Origin: Flavobacteriaceae bacterium
Lineage (GTDB): Bacteria > Bacteroidota > Bacteroidia > Flavobacteriales > Flavobacteriaceae
DNA length: 64,000 bases
Direction: 5' to 3'
NCBI GenBank assembly: GCA_947453885.1
Contig: CANGIF010000011.1
Location: forward strand, 10,012 to 74,011
Position 1 is the stretch's first letter. The number at the start of each line of letters is the position of its first letter. Both the position numbers and the translations under genes were made by a program. The notes under the pieces were generated by a model, which saw nothing but the letters and a program-made list of their open reading frames with translations, was not told where the DNA came from and did not search any database. Positions 28,638-38,009 of the stretch are shown here, piece after piece.

Positions 28638-29007
28638 TTTGATTTGTTTTTAATTGCAGATTTTTGTGTAAAATGGCTGGTAACTCTTAAATACTCGCTA
28701 TAAACATCCACCAATCAACTTTAGTTAAAGTATAAAGGCAAATATTCCTTTCGCATTATTCCTCAAATATATAAAATTATTGCACAAAACCTCCATCAAA
28801 TCCTTACCAGAAAACGACTATCTTTTTTCCTTATAATCATTATCTACGAAAGCTTTAACCTAATTTTATGTTGAAATCACAAATCATCCCTAAAAAAAGG
28901 GTTGTTAAATAAGTTTAACCAATTTTTAACAGCTTACTTGTAAAAAAAAATTCAATTTGCACTGTTAAAAGTAACGAACACAAATTTAAAGTACAAATTA
29001 GTAAGAA

Positions 29008-30012
29008 ATGGAAGAAAATGCAACCACTCTAGACATTAGAGCTATCAACGAAAAAATAGAAAGAGAAAGTGCTTTTATAGATTTACTTTCAATGGAAATG
29101 AACAAAGTAATTGTGGGCCAAAAACACATGGTTGAACGGTTACTTATTGGGCTTTTAGGACAAGGGCATATTTTATTAGAAGGTGTTCCTGGATTGGCAA
29201 AAACGTTAGCCATAAACACATTGTCGCAAGCAGTTCAGGGTTCTTTTAGTCGTATTCAGTTTACACCAGATTTGCTCCCGGCAGATGTGGTTGGAACAAT
29301 GATTTACAATATAAAATCGAATGAATTTTCTATTAAAAAAGGACCTGTTTTTGCCAATTTTGTACTTGCAGATGAGATCAATCGTGCGCCTGCTAAAGTA
29401 CAATCGGCTTTGTTGGAAGCCATGCAAGAAAAACAAGTAACCATTGGCGATACTACCTTTAAATTAGACAAACCTTTTTTGGTTTTAGCTACTCAAAACC
29501 CAATTGAGCAAGAAGGAACCTATCCTTTACCAGAAGCACAAGTGGACAGGTTTATGCTGAAAACAGTAATTGATTACCCAAAAATTGACGAAGAACGTTT
29601 AATTATCCGTCAAAATTTGAAAGGGAATTACGAAAAAGTAAATCCAGTTGTTTCCATCGAACAAATTTTACGTGCTCAAGAAGCAGTTAGAGAAGTGTAC
29701 ATGGATGAAAAAATTGAGAAATATATTTTAGACATCATTTTTGCAACGCGGTATCCAGAGAAATATAAACTTGAAAGTTTGAAACCACTAATTGGATTTG
29801 GCGCTTCGCCACGTGGAAGCATTAATTTAGCCAATGCTGCAAAATGTTATGCTTTTATCAAACGTAGAGGGTATGTAATTCCAGAAGATGTTCGAGCTGT
29901 AGTTCACGATGTTTTACGTCATAGAATAGGAATTACCTATGAAGCCGAGGCAGAAAACATTACTTCGGTTGATATTATTAATAAAATAGTAAACGAAGTT
30001 GAAGTACCTTAA
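29008..30012 (+). CDS. MoxR-family AAA+ ATPase
   Basis: 334 aa. It has Walker A GVPGLAKT and Walker B LADEINRAP, plus the QNPIEQEGTYPLPEAQ[L/V]DRF MoxR signature. Confidence 0.93.
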   Translation: MEENATTLDIRAINEKIERESAFIDLLSMEMNKVIVGQKHMVERLLIGLLGQGHILLEGVPGLAKTLAINTLSQAVQGSFSRIQFTPDLLPADVVGTMIYNIKSNEFSIKKGPVFANFVLADEINRAPAKVQSALLEAMQEKQVTIGDTTFKLDKPFLVLATQNPIEQEGTYPLPEAQVDRFMLKTVIDYPKIDEERLIIRQNLKGNYEKVNPVVSIEQILRAQEAVREVYMDEKIEKYILDIIFATRYPEKYKLESLKPLIGFGASPRGSINLANAAKCYAFIKRRGYVIPEDVRAVVHDVLRHRIGITYEAEAENITSVDIINKIVNEVEVP

Positions 30013-30095
30013 AATGTTGTTTTAAGTTTAAAGTTTCAGGTTTAAAATACTACTAGAACTTGAAAGCGGAAATCTCAAACGAAAAACAAATTGAA

Positions 30096-30959
30096 ATGGA
30101 AACAAAAGAACTGCTCAAGAAGGTTAAGAAAATAGAAATTAAAACCAGAAGGTTAAGCGATCATATTTTTTCGGGCGAATACCACACTTCTTTTAAAGGG
30201 CGAGGTATGACTTTTTCAGAGGTTAGACCCTATCAATACGGCGATGATATTAGAGCTATTGACTGGAATGTAACAGCACGGTATAACGAAGCCCACATTA
30301 AAGTTTTTGAGGAAGAACGAGAATTAACCATGATGTTAATGGTGGACATTTCTGGCTCTGAAAGTTTTGGCTCAAAAAACCAATTTAAAAAAGATGTGGT
30401 AACAGAAATAGCCGCAACTTTGGCTTTTTCAGCTACTCAAAATAACGATAAAATAGGTTTGATTTTATTTTCAGACCAAATAGAACTGTATATTCCTCCC
30501 AAAAAAGGACGCTCACATGTATTGCGCATTATTAGAGAATTGATTGAATTTGAACCTAAAAGTCATCAAACGGATGTTGCAAATGCATTAAAATTTTTGT
30601 CTGGAACACAAAAAAAGAAAGCAATTGTTTTTATCATTTCTGATTTTATAAGCGACGAGTACGAGCAAACACTTAAAATAGCCTCAAAAAAACACGATGT
30701 AACAGGAATAAGAGTATATGATATTCGTGAAGAGAAATTGCCAAACTTAGGAATTGTAAACATGCTAGATGCCGAAAGTGGTAAAGTTCAATTGATCAAT
30801 ACCAGCTCTAAAACGGTTCGAGAAAACTATGAAAAATACTACCATGAAAAAGTCAAATACTTTAAGGAAACGTTTAGTAAATCTGGCTCAGGAGTAGTTA
30901 GTACAAGAGTTGACGAAAGTTATGTAACCAAATTATTAGGGTATTTTAAATCTCGATAA
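30096..30959 (+). CDS. DUF58 (VWA-like) protein partnered with MoxR
   Basis: YQYGDDIRAIDWNVTAR is the DUF58 signature. I placed the start at the ATG at 30096 (METKELLKKVKKIEIKTRRL) rather than the TTG at 30060 in the ORF track. Confidence 0.88.
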   Translation: METKELLKKVKKIEIKTRRLSDHIFSGEYHTSFKGRGMTFSEVRPYQYGDDIRAIDWNVTARYNEAHIKVFEEERELTMMLMVDISGSESFGSKNQFKKDVVTEIAATLAFSATQNNDKIGLILFSDQIELYIPPKKGRSHVLRIIRELIEFEPKSHQTDVANALKFLSGTQKKKAIVFIISDFISDEYEQTLKIASKKHDVTGIRVYDIREEKLPNLGIVNMLDAESGKVQLINTSSKTVRENYEKYYHEKVKYFKETFSKSGSGVVSTRVDESYVTKLLGYFKSR

Positions 30960-30972
30960 TACTTTAAATGAA

Positions 30973-32586
30973 ATGAAAATTAAATACTACTTACTATTTA
31001 TATTGTTTTCGGTTGTTGCTTTTGGACAGCAAAATACAATTGAAACAAAAATTGATAAAACGCAAAACAAAATTGGTGCGCAATTTAATTTGACCTTAAA
31101 AACGGTTGTAGATACAAATGCTACAGTAGTTTTTCCACTTACAAAAAGTTTTGGATCAATGGAAGTTATTCGAAATTATGTGGTTGATACGGTTAAAAAA
31201 GACAACCGATATGAATTAGTAAAACGATATGGCTTGACACAATTTGAGCCAGGTACTTATACAATACCGTCGGTTCAAGTTTTGATAAACAATAAACCAG
31301 CCTTTTCAAACGAATTAAAAGTTCAAATTTCGGATGTTGTAGTAGATACACTAAAACAAAAAATGTTTGATATAAAACCCGTTATACAACCAGAGAATTC
31401 AGGGAATAATTGGTGGATATATCTTTTAATTTTATTCGTATTGGTTTTAATTGGTGCAAGTGCTTATTATTTTTATAAAAAACGAAAAACAAGTAGTGCT
31501 AGTGATGAACTAATTTTTTCAACTCCAATTGAAAAAGCCATTGGACTTTTGAAAATATTAGAAAAAAAACAATTGTGGCAAAAAGGAGAAATAAAATTAT
31601 ATTATGTTGAATTGACGGATATTGCAAGAGAATATATTGAAGAAATAATTGAAATTCCGGCTAAAGAGTTTACAACAAGCGAACTTATTGTTGCTTTGCG
31701 AAAAGCCAGCACAGTTAAAAAATTAAAGTTAACAAAAGAGTCAATTGCTAATTTGGAAAAAGTACTTCGGCAAGCCGATTTAGTAAAATTTGCCAAATCC
31801 AAACCGTTGGATTTTGAAATTCAAGAAGACCAAAAAAGAATTGAAAAATCAATAATTTCGCTTCATCAATCTATTCCTACGGAGGTTGAAGAATCGCCAA
31901 CAGCAGAATGGGATGAGCTCCAAAAAGCAAATCAAGCCGCAAAAAACAAGAAAAAGAAAGTAACGAATATTGTAGTTTTTAGCCTATTTGCAATTTTACT
32001 TTTTCTTGGTATTGTTGTAGCTACAAAAGGGTATGATTATCTAAAAGACAATATCATTGGACATCCTACAAAAGAACTTTTGGAAGGAAAATGGATTCGT
32101 TCAGAATACGGGGTTCCGAGTGTGAATTTAGAAACGCCAAAAGTTTTAAAACGCATCGATTTTTCGCAAACAGTACCAAAAGAAATGATTCCTTTACTTA
32201 AAGAAGGTAGTGCTTTTGTTTATGGAAGTATGCAAAGTAATTTTTACATTGGAGTTATAACTGCTACCCCAAAAGCTGAAATGGAATATGACCTAACCGC
32301 AGGACTTGACAATTCTGTTAAAATGTTAGGGGGTCAAAATGTAGTATACAATCATGATGAATTTTCAACTAAAAATGGAGCAGTAGGAATAAAAGGATAT
32401 GGAACCTTCACAAAATTAGATCCTGTTTTAAAGCAAAGTGTAAAAATATATTTTGAAATGGTTCTGTTTAAAGAAAATGGAGGCTATCAGCAAGTAATTG
32501 TTTTACATGAAGAAGGTGATGAATATGCAAATCAAATTACAGCTAAAGTAATCAGTTCAGTTGAATTTAATAAAGCAAAAGAATAA
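30973..32586 (+). CDS. Bat-operon membrane protein, BatD-like N-terminal half plus an extra TM and C-terminal domain
   Basis: 537 aa. In order it has a signal peptide, a beta-rich ectodomain, a TM helix (WWIYLLILFVLVLIGASAYYFY), a helical segment ending ADLVKFAKSKP that parallels the BatD tail (CELARYAPS), a second TM helix and a ~190-aa terminal domain. Confidence 0.6.
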   Translation: MKIKYYLLFILFSVVAFGQQNTIETKIDKTQNKIGAQFNLTLKTVVDTNATVVFPLTKSFGSMEVIRNYVVDTVKKDNRYELVKRYGLTQFEPGTYTIPSVQVLINNKPAFSNELKVQISDVVVDTLKQKMFDIKPVIQPENSGNNWWIYLLILFVLVLIGASAYYFYKKRKTSSASDELIFSTPIEKAIGLLKILEKKQLWQKGEIKLYYVELTDIAREYIEEIIEIPAKEFTTSELIVALRKASTVKKLKLTKESIANLEKVLRQADLVKFAKSKPLDFEIQEDQKRIEKSIISLHQSIPTEVEESPTAEWDELQKANQAAKNKKKKVTNIVVFSLFAILLFLGIVVATKGYDYLKDNIIGHPTKELLEGKWIRSEYGVPSVNLETPKVLKRIDFSQTVPKEMIPLLKEGSAFVYGSMQSNFYIGVITATPKAEMEYDLTAGLDNSVKMLGGQNVVYNHDEFSTKNGAVGIKGYGTFTKLDPVLKQSVKIYFEMVLFKENGGYQQVIVLHEEGDEYANQITAKVISSVEFNKAKE

Positions 32587-33587
32587 TGGAAAAAATAACA
32601 TTTTTAAATCCGGGCTTTTTTTGGTTATTCTTATCGTTGCCACTTTTGATTGTTTGGTATTTAGTAACTTTTAAAAAACAAACGGCAACTATTAAAATGA
32701 GTTCAGTAAAGGGATTTGCTAGTTCAGGTTCTTTTATTGTTAAATTAAAACCTATTTTATTTGTAATGCGTTTATTGGCCTTAAGTGCTTTGATTATTGC
32801 CATGGCAAGACCAAGAACTGTTGACATTAGCAATCAAACTAAAAGTACAAAAGGGATTGATATTGTAATGGCTATAGACGTTTCGGGAAGTATGTTGGCA
32901 AAAGATTTAAAGCCCAACAGAATGGAAGCATTAAAAAAAGTAGCACAAAGTTTTGTTGAAAACCGACCTAACGATAGAATAGGGTTAGTAGTATACGCAT
33001 CAGAAGCTTATACAAAGTCTCCTGTAACTAGCGATAAAGCTATTGTTTTAAACGCATTACAAAGTGTTAAATACGATAATGTTTTGCAAGATGGAACTGG
33101 AATTGGTATGGGATTAGCTACCGCAGTTAATCGATTAAAAGACAGCAAAGCCAAAAGTAAAGTCATAATTTTACTAACAGACGGAGTGAACAATAACGGT
33201 TTTATTGAGCCTGAAACAGCTTCAGATATTGCAAAGCAATATGGAATAAAAGTATATACAATTGGTATTGGCACAAACGGAATGGCTGAATTTCCTTATG
33301 CTTTAACGCCAAATGGACAATTTTTATTTAGAATGATGCAGGTAGAAATTGATGAAAAACTACTTCAAAGTATTGCCAAAAACACTGGGGGTAAATATTT
33401 TAGAGCGACAAGCAACGAAAAACTGAAAATTATTTACAACGAAATTAACAAACTAGAAACTACCGAAATTGAAGAACTAAAGTTTTACGACTATGACGAA
33501 AAATTCAGACCCTTTGTAATTTTGGCGGGTTTACTGTTAGTTATCGAAATTGGACTTAGAAAAACAATTTTTAAAAGCTTTATTTAA
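32586..33587 (+). CDS. batA: VWA-domain membrane protein BatA
   Basis: 333 aa. It has an N-terminal TM pair, the MIDAS motif DVSGSM, LLTDGVNN and a C-terminal TM helix. This is the position of batA in the Bat operon. Confidence 0.85.
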   Translation: MEKITFLNPGFFWLFLSLPLLIVWYLVTFKKQTATIKMSSVKGFASSGSFIVKLKPILFVMRLLALSALIIAMARPRTVDISNQTKSTKGIDIVMAIDVSGSMLAKDLKPNRMEALKKVAQSFVENRPNDRIGLVVYASEAYTKSPVTSDKAIVLNALQSVKYDNVLQDGTGIGMGLATAVNRLKDSKAKSKVIILLTDGVNNNGFIEPETASDIAKQYGIKVYTIGIGTNGMAEFPYALTPNGQFLFRMMQVEIDEKLLQSIAKNTGGKYFRATSNEKLKIIYNEINKLETTEIEELKFYDYDEKFRPFVILAGLLLVIEIGLRKTIFKSFI

Positions 33588-33618
33588 ATCTTAATTTCTT
33601 ATTTGGAAAATTAAAACA

Positions 33619-34650
33619 ATGGAATTAGACGAAAAAAAATATTTATATTTAGGAATAATTATCCCGATTTTGATTTTACTTTTTTTGTACAATCAATATT
33701 GGAAAAGAAAGAAACAACGTGAGTTTGGAGATTTGGATTTAGTAAAAAAGCTAAGTCCAGATAAATCTATTTTTAAACCAATACTTAAGTTTTGTATTTG
33801 GATTGTAGCTATAGTTTGTTTAATAATTGGATTAGTAAATCCAAAAATTGGCACCAAATTAGAAACTGTAAAACGAGAAGGAATTGATATTGTTTTTGCG
33901 GTTGATGTCTCTAAAAGTATGCTTTGCGAAGATGTAGCTCCAAATAGATTAGAAAAAAGCAAACAAATTGTTTCTCAAATTGTAAATCAACTGGGTAGTG
34001 ATCGAATTGGAATAGTAGCCTATGCCGGAAGTGCTTTTCCAGTCTTGCCCATAACTACAGATTATGGAGTTGCTAAAATGTTTCTTCAAAGTATGAATAC
34101 CGATATGGTTTCATCACAAGGAACATCGCTAGATGAAGCAATTAAGCTGGCCTCAACTTTTTTTGATGATAAAAAAACAAGCAAATTATTGATACTGATT
34201 TCTGACGGAGAAGACCATTCAGAAGGAGCAGAAGCGGCAGCGGAAGAGGCTAACAAGTTAGGGATGAAAATTATAACTATTGGAGTTGGAAGCGAAAAAG
34301 GAGGTCCAATTCCTTTAAAAATAAATGGGATTGTTCAAAGTTTTAAAAGAGATTCTAAAAATGAAGTTGTTGTTACAAAATTGGATGCTAAAAGTTTAGA
34401 AAAAATTGCCAAAACAACAAAAGGCGGTTATGTTTACGGAAGCAACACAAAAGAAGTATTAGAATATGTAAAAAATGCATTGAATAATATTCAAAAAACC
34501 GAATTTGAAGCGACTCAAATGTCTAATTTTCAATCACAATTTCAATGGTTTTTAGGATTTGCCTTTGTTTTACTATTCCTAGATGTTTTTTTATTGGAGC
34601 AAAAAACGAGTTGGATTAAAAAAATGAACCTATTTAACGAAAAAGCGTAA
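33619..34650 (+). CDS. batB: VWA-domain membrane protein BatB
   Basis: 343 aa. It has the MIDAS-like VDVSKSM and LISDGEDH, plus TM helices at both ends. Confidence 0.85.
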   Translation: MELDEKKYLYLGIIIPILILLFLYNQYWKRKKQREFGDLDLVKKLSPDKSIFKPILKFCIWIVAIVCLIIGLVNPKIGTKLETVKREGIDIVFAVDVSKSMLCEDVAPNRLEKSKQIVSQIVNQLGSDRIGIVAYAGSAFPVLPITTDYGVAKMFLQSMNTDMVSSQGTSLDEAIKLASTFFDDKKTSKLLILISDGEDHSEGAEAAAEEANKLGMKIITIGVGSEKGGPIPLKINGIVQSFKRDSKNEVVVTKLDAKSLEKIAKTTKGGYVYGSNTKEVLEYVKNALNNIQKTEFEATQMSNFQSQFQWFLGFAFVLLFLDVFLLEQKTSWIKKMNLFNEKA

Positions 34651-35405
34651 TGAAAAATGTACTACTGTATTGTATTTTAACTTTTTCTTTGTCAATTTTT
34701 GCTCAAGAAAAAGATAGCGAATTGCCAAAAGCCAACGAAGAGTATGCTTTAAAAAAATATGTTGATGCGGAAGCTAATTACAGAATTTCTACATCTAATT
34801 TCTCCAAAAAAGCTGCGGCTAGTTACAATTTAGGAAATGCTATTTACAAACAAAAGCAAATTAGTGAAGCCAACTATTTCTTTTCAAAAGCGATTGAAAA
34901 AGCAAAAGAGCATCCCGAAAAGCACAATGCTTATCATAATTTAGGCAATACATTAATGATTCAAAAAAAATATGAAGAAGCAGTTGAAGCCTACAAAAAT
35001 GCATTAAGAAACAATCCAAATGATGAAGAGACACGATACAATTATGCTTTAGCAAAAAAAATGAAGAAAGAACATCCTGATAAAAATAAGGATAAAAATA
35101 AAGACAAAGACAAAAATAACAAAGGAAAAGATAAAGACAAAAAAGACGACAAAAAAGACGACAAAAAAGAAGGAGACAAGGATAAAAACAAAGATACATC
35201 AGATAAAGAAGGGAAAAACAAAGAGGATAAAAAAGATAATCCTTCTAAAAATGATGGTAAACCAAAACAAATTCCTGGTGGAATTTCAAAAGAACGACTT
35301 GAAAACTTGTTGGATGCAGTTAATAATGAAGAGAAAAAAATTCAAGACAAAGTAAAAGCCAAAGAAGTAAAAGTAAAACCTAATAAAACAGAAAAAGACT
35401 GGTAA
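34650..35405 (+). CDS. batC: TPR protein BatC with a Lys/Asp-rich low-complexity tail
   Basis: 251 aa. It has a signal peptide and TPR units (YNLGNAIYKQ..., YHNLGNTLMIQKKYEEAVEAYKNALRNNPNDEETRYN), followed by KDKNKDKNKDKDKNNKGKDKDKKDDKKDDKK. Confidence 0.75.
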   Translation: MKNVLLYCILTFSLSIFAQEKDSELPKANEEYALKKYVDAEANYRISTSNFSKKAAASYNLGNAIYKQKQISEANYFFSKAIEKAKEHPEKHNAYHNLGNTLMIQKKYEEAVEAYKNALRNNPNDEETRYNYALAKKMKKEHPDKNKDKNKDKDKNNKGKDKDKKDDKKDDKKEGDKDKNKDTSDKEGKNKEDKKDNPSKNDGKPKQIPGGISKERLENLLDAVNNEEKKIQDKVKAKEVKVKPNKTEKDW

Positions 35406-35444
35406 CCTAATTCTAAAAGAATAAGTTTAAAATAATTAATTAAA

Positions 35445-37205
35445 ATGAAAAATTTTTTAATACTGTTTTTAATTTCAAATACCATTTGGGCTCAAGTTCA
35501 ATTTGAAGCAAAAGTTTCAAAATCAACACTTGGCATAAATGAAAACCTTCGAATTGATTTTATAATGAATGCTGATGGCGATAATTTTACTCCACCACCA
35601 TTTACCACTGATGGCTTTAAAGTAGTTGGTGGACCAAGTCAGCAAGTAAGTCAGTCATGGGTCAATGGGCGAAGTTCATTTAACAAAACATATTCCTATT
35701 ATTTATTGCCACAACAAAAGGGGACGTTAACAATTCGACAAGCAACTATTGAAATAAATGGTCAAATTTATAAAACAAATCCAATTAAAGTTACGGTAAC
35801 TAATGCCGTTGAAAAACCAAAAGACCCGAATGACACGCAGCTTTCTGCTGATACGGAATTGCATTTGGTTGCAGATGTTTCAAAAAGCAATCCTTATTTA
35901 AATGAGCCAATTACAGTTGTTTACAAATTGTATTTTAGCAATAATATTGGAATAACAAACTGGCGAGAATTGAATAAGCCAAAATACAATAATTTTTGGA
36001 GTCAGAACATTGATATTAAGCAATTAGTATTGGAACAGGGAAAGTACAATGGTGAAAATTATCGTTTTGTAGTTTTACGAAAAACCGTTCTATATCCTCA
36101 AAAATCTGGTAAATTAGAAATTGAACCATTATCTTTAGATGTTGACGTTCAATTACCATCAAACCGAAGAAATATTTTTGGTCAAGTAATGGTAGTAGCA
36201 GACAATAAAAGAGTTTCTGCTGGAGCCAAAACAATTATGGTTAGATCGTTGCCAGAAACAGGAAAACCTAAAGATTTTTCCGGAGCTGTTGGACGCTTTG
36301 AATTTAAAGCAATTCCATCTAAAACTACACTTAAAAGTGGTGAGTCTTTAGATTTAAATGTAAGTGTTTCTGGATCTGGAAATCTTAAACTATTTAGTTT
36401 GCCAAAACCAATTGTTCCAAGTTCTTTAGAAATGTATGACCCAGAGCACAAAGAAAATGTGACCACACCTTTAACAGGAATGCAAGGTTCGATTTCAGAT
36501 AAATATACAATTATCCCTCAATTCAAAGGGCAATATGTAGTAAAACCAATGGAGTTTACTTTTTTTGATTTAGGAACAGGTAATTATAAAACGATAGCTA
36601 CAAAAGAAATAATGATTACTGTTTTGGATGGTCCCAAACCAACTAATACCGCAGTAGCCTCATCAACAAATGAAAACCCTAAAGCGAGACTTTTAGCAAG
36701 CCAACAGTTTAAGTACATAAAACTTAAAACTAAGCTTATAGCAATAAAAAGCAAAGATTTTTTTGGGTCTAAGTTGTATTATTTTTTACAGTTTCTTCCA
36801 TTTTTAATTATTCCAATAATAGTATTGTTAAAAAGAAAACAAGAAATAATAGATGGAGATATTACAGGAAATAGAATAAAATTAAACAGCAAATTAGCTA
36901 AAAAATATTTGTCTGAAGCTAAAAAGTACATTAATCAAAAAGAACCTTTTTACATAGCCCTTGAAAAAGCTATGCATAATTTCTTGAAGGCCAAATTACA
37001 TATCGAAACATCGGATATGAGTAAAAATAACATTCAAGATTTGTTATTATCTAAAAATGCCAATCCAGATACGGTTTTAGAATTTTTAACTTTAACTGAA
37101 AATTGTGAATTAGCAAGATACGCTCCGTCAACTAATGCCGCTATTCAAAATGATTATGAAAAAGCAGTGAGTATTATTTCAGAATTAGAGAAACAATTGA
37201 ATTAA
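35445..37205 (+). CDS. batD: BatD-family (oxygen-tolerance) membrane protein
   Basis: 586 aa. It has a signal peptide, repeated beta-sandwich-like ectodomains, a TM helix (YYFLQFLPFLIIPIIVLL) and a helical cytoplasmic tail. The call rests on operon position. Confidence 0.75.
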   Translation: MKNFLILFLISNTIWAQVQFEAKVSKSTLGINENLRIDFIMNADGDNFTPPPFTTDGFKVVGGPSQQVSQSWVNGRSSFNKTYSYYLLPQQKGTLTIRQATIEINGQIYKTNPIKVTVTNAVEKPKDPNDTQLSADTELHLVADVSKSNPYLNEPITVVYKLYFSNNIGITNWRELNKPKYNNFWSQNIDIKQLVLEQGKYNGENYRFVVLRKTVLYPQKSGKLEIEPLSLDVDVQLPSNRRNIFGQVMVVADNKRVSAGAKTIMVRSLPETGKPKDFSGAVGRFEFKAIPSKTTLKSGESLDLNVSVSGSGNLKLFSLPKPIVPSSLEMYDPEHKENVTTPLTGMQGSISDKYTIIPQFKGQYVVKPMEFTFFDLGTGNYKTIATKEIMITVLDGPKPTNTAVASSTNENPKARLLASQQFKYIKLKTKLIAIKSKDFFGSKLYYFLQFLPFLIIPIIVLLKRKQEIIDGDITGNRIKLNSKLAKKYLSEAKKYINQKEPFYIALEKAMHNFLKAKLHIETSDMSKNNIQDLLLSKNANPDTVLEFLTLTENCELARYAPSTNAAIQNDYEKAVSIISELEKQLN

Positions 37206-37240
37206 TTAAATACAGAGTTAGACTAAAATTAAAAGGGATA

Positions 37241-37990
37241 ATGAAAAACATAGTATATTTTCTATTATTGACATCACACTTATTTTTTGGACAAAGTAAT
37301 TTTGACAAAGCAAATATGTCATACAAAAAAGGCAATTATTCAGAAGCAATTTCACAATATCAAGCAATTTTACAAACTAAGAAACATGCGCCTGAACTTT
37401 ATTTCAACCTTGCAAATTGCTACTATAAATTGAACAAAGTTGCTCCAGCAATTTACAACTATGAAAAAGCGTTGTTGTTAAACCCAAACGACGATGAAAT
37501 AAGAAACAACCTTCAATTTGCTCAAAAATTACAAATTGATGAAATTAAAGTTCTACCAAAAGTAGGTTTTTCAAAAGCTATTCAAAATTTAACAGGAACA
37601 TTTACGTTTGACACTTGGGCTTGGATTGCAATTTTTTTAAGCTTGTTTTTTTTAGGAGCTTTTATTGGATATTATTTTTCTAAGACAACCTTGTCAAAAA
37701 GGATTTTTTTTATTGCTATGTTTATTTTAATTTTTTCAACGGTTAATGCTGTTGCGGCTGCTATTTATGAAAGAAATGTTTTTGTAAATGAAAAGCCTGC
37801 AATTGTATTTTCGGAAATTGTTTCATTAAAAAGTGAACCTAAAAAAAGTAGTACTGACGTTTTGATTTTACACGAAGGAACAAAAGTTTATATACTTGAA
37901 AATGTTGATAATTGGTTAAAAGTACAGTTAACAGACGACACAACTGGTTGGATAGAAGAGTCAAGTATAAAAGAAATTAAAAAACAGTAG
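37241..37990 (+). CDS. batE: BatE-like TPR / TM / SH3 protein
   Basis: 249 aa. It has N-terminal TPR units, two TM helices and a C-terminal SH3b-like segment (GTKVYILENVDNWLKVQLTDDTTGWIEESSI). Confidence 0.7.
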   Translation: MKNIVYFLLLTSHLFFGQSNFDKANMSYKKGNYSEAISQYQAILQTKKHAPELYFNLANCYYKLNKVAPAIYNYEKALLLNPNDDEIRNNLQFAQKLQIDEIKVLPKVGFSKAIQNLTGTFTFDTWAWIAIFLSLFFLGAFIGYYFSKTTLSKRIFFIAMFILIFSTVNAVAAAIYERNVFVNEKPAIVFSEIVSLKSEPKKSSTDVLILHEGTKVYILENVDNWLKVQLTDDTTGWIEESSIKEIKKQ

Positions 37991-38009
37991 CCACTAATAG
38001 AGTATAGGA

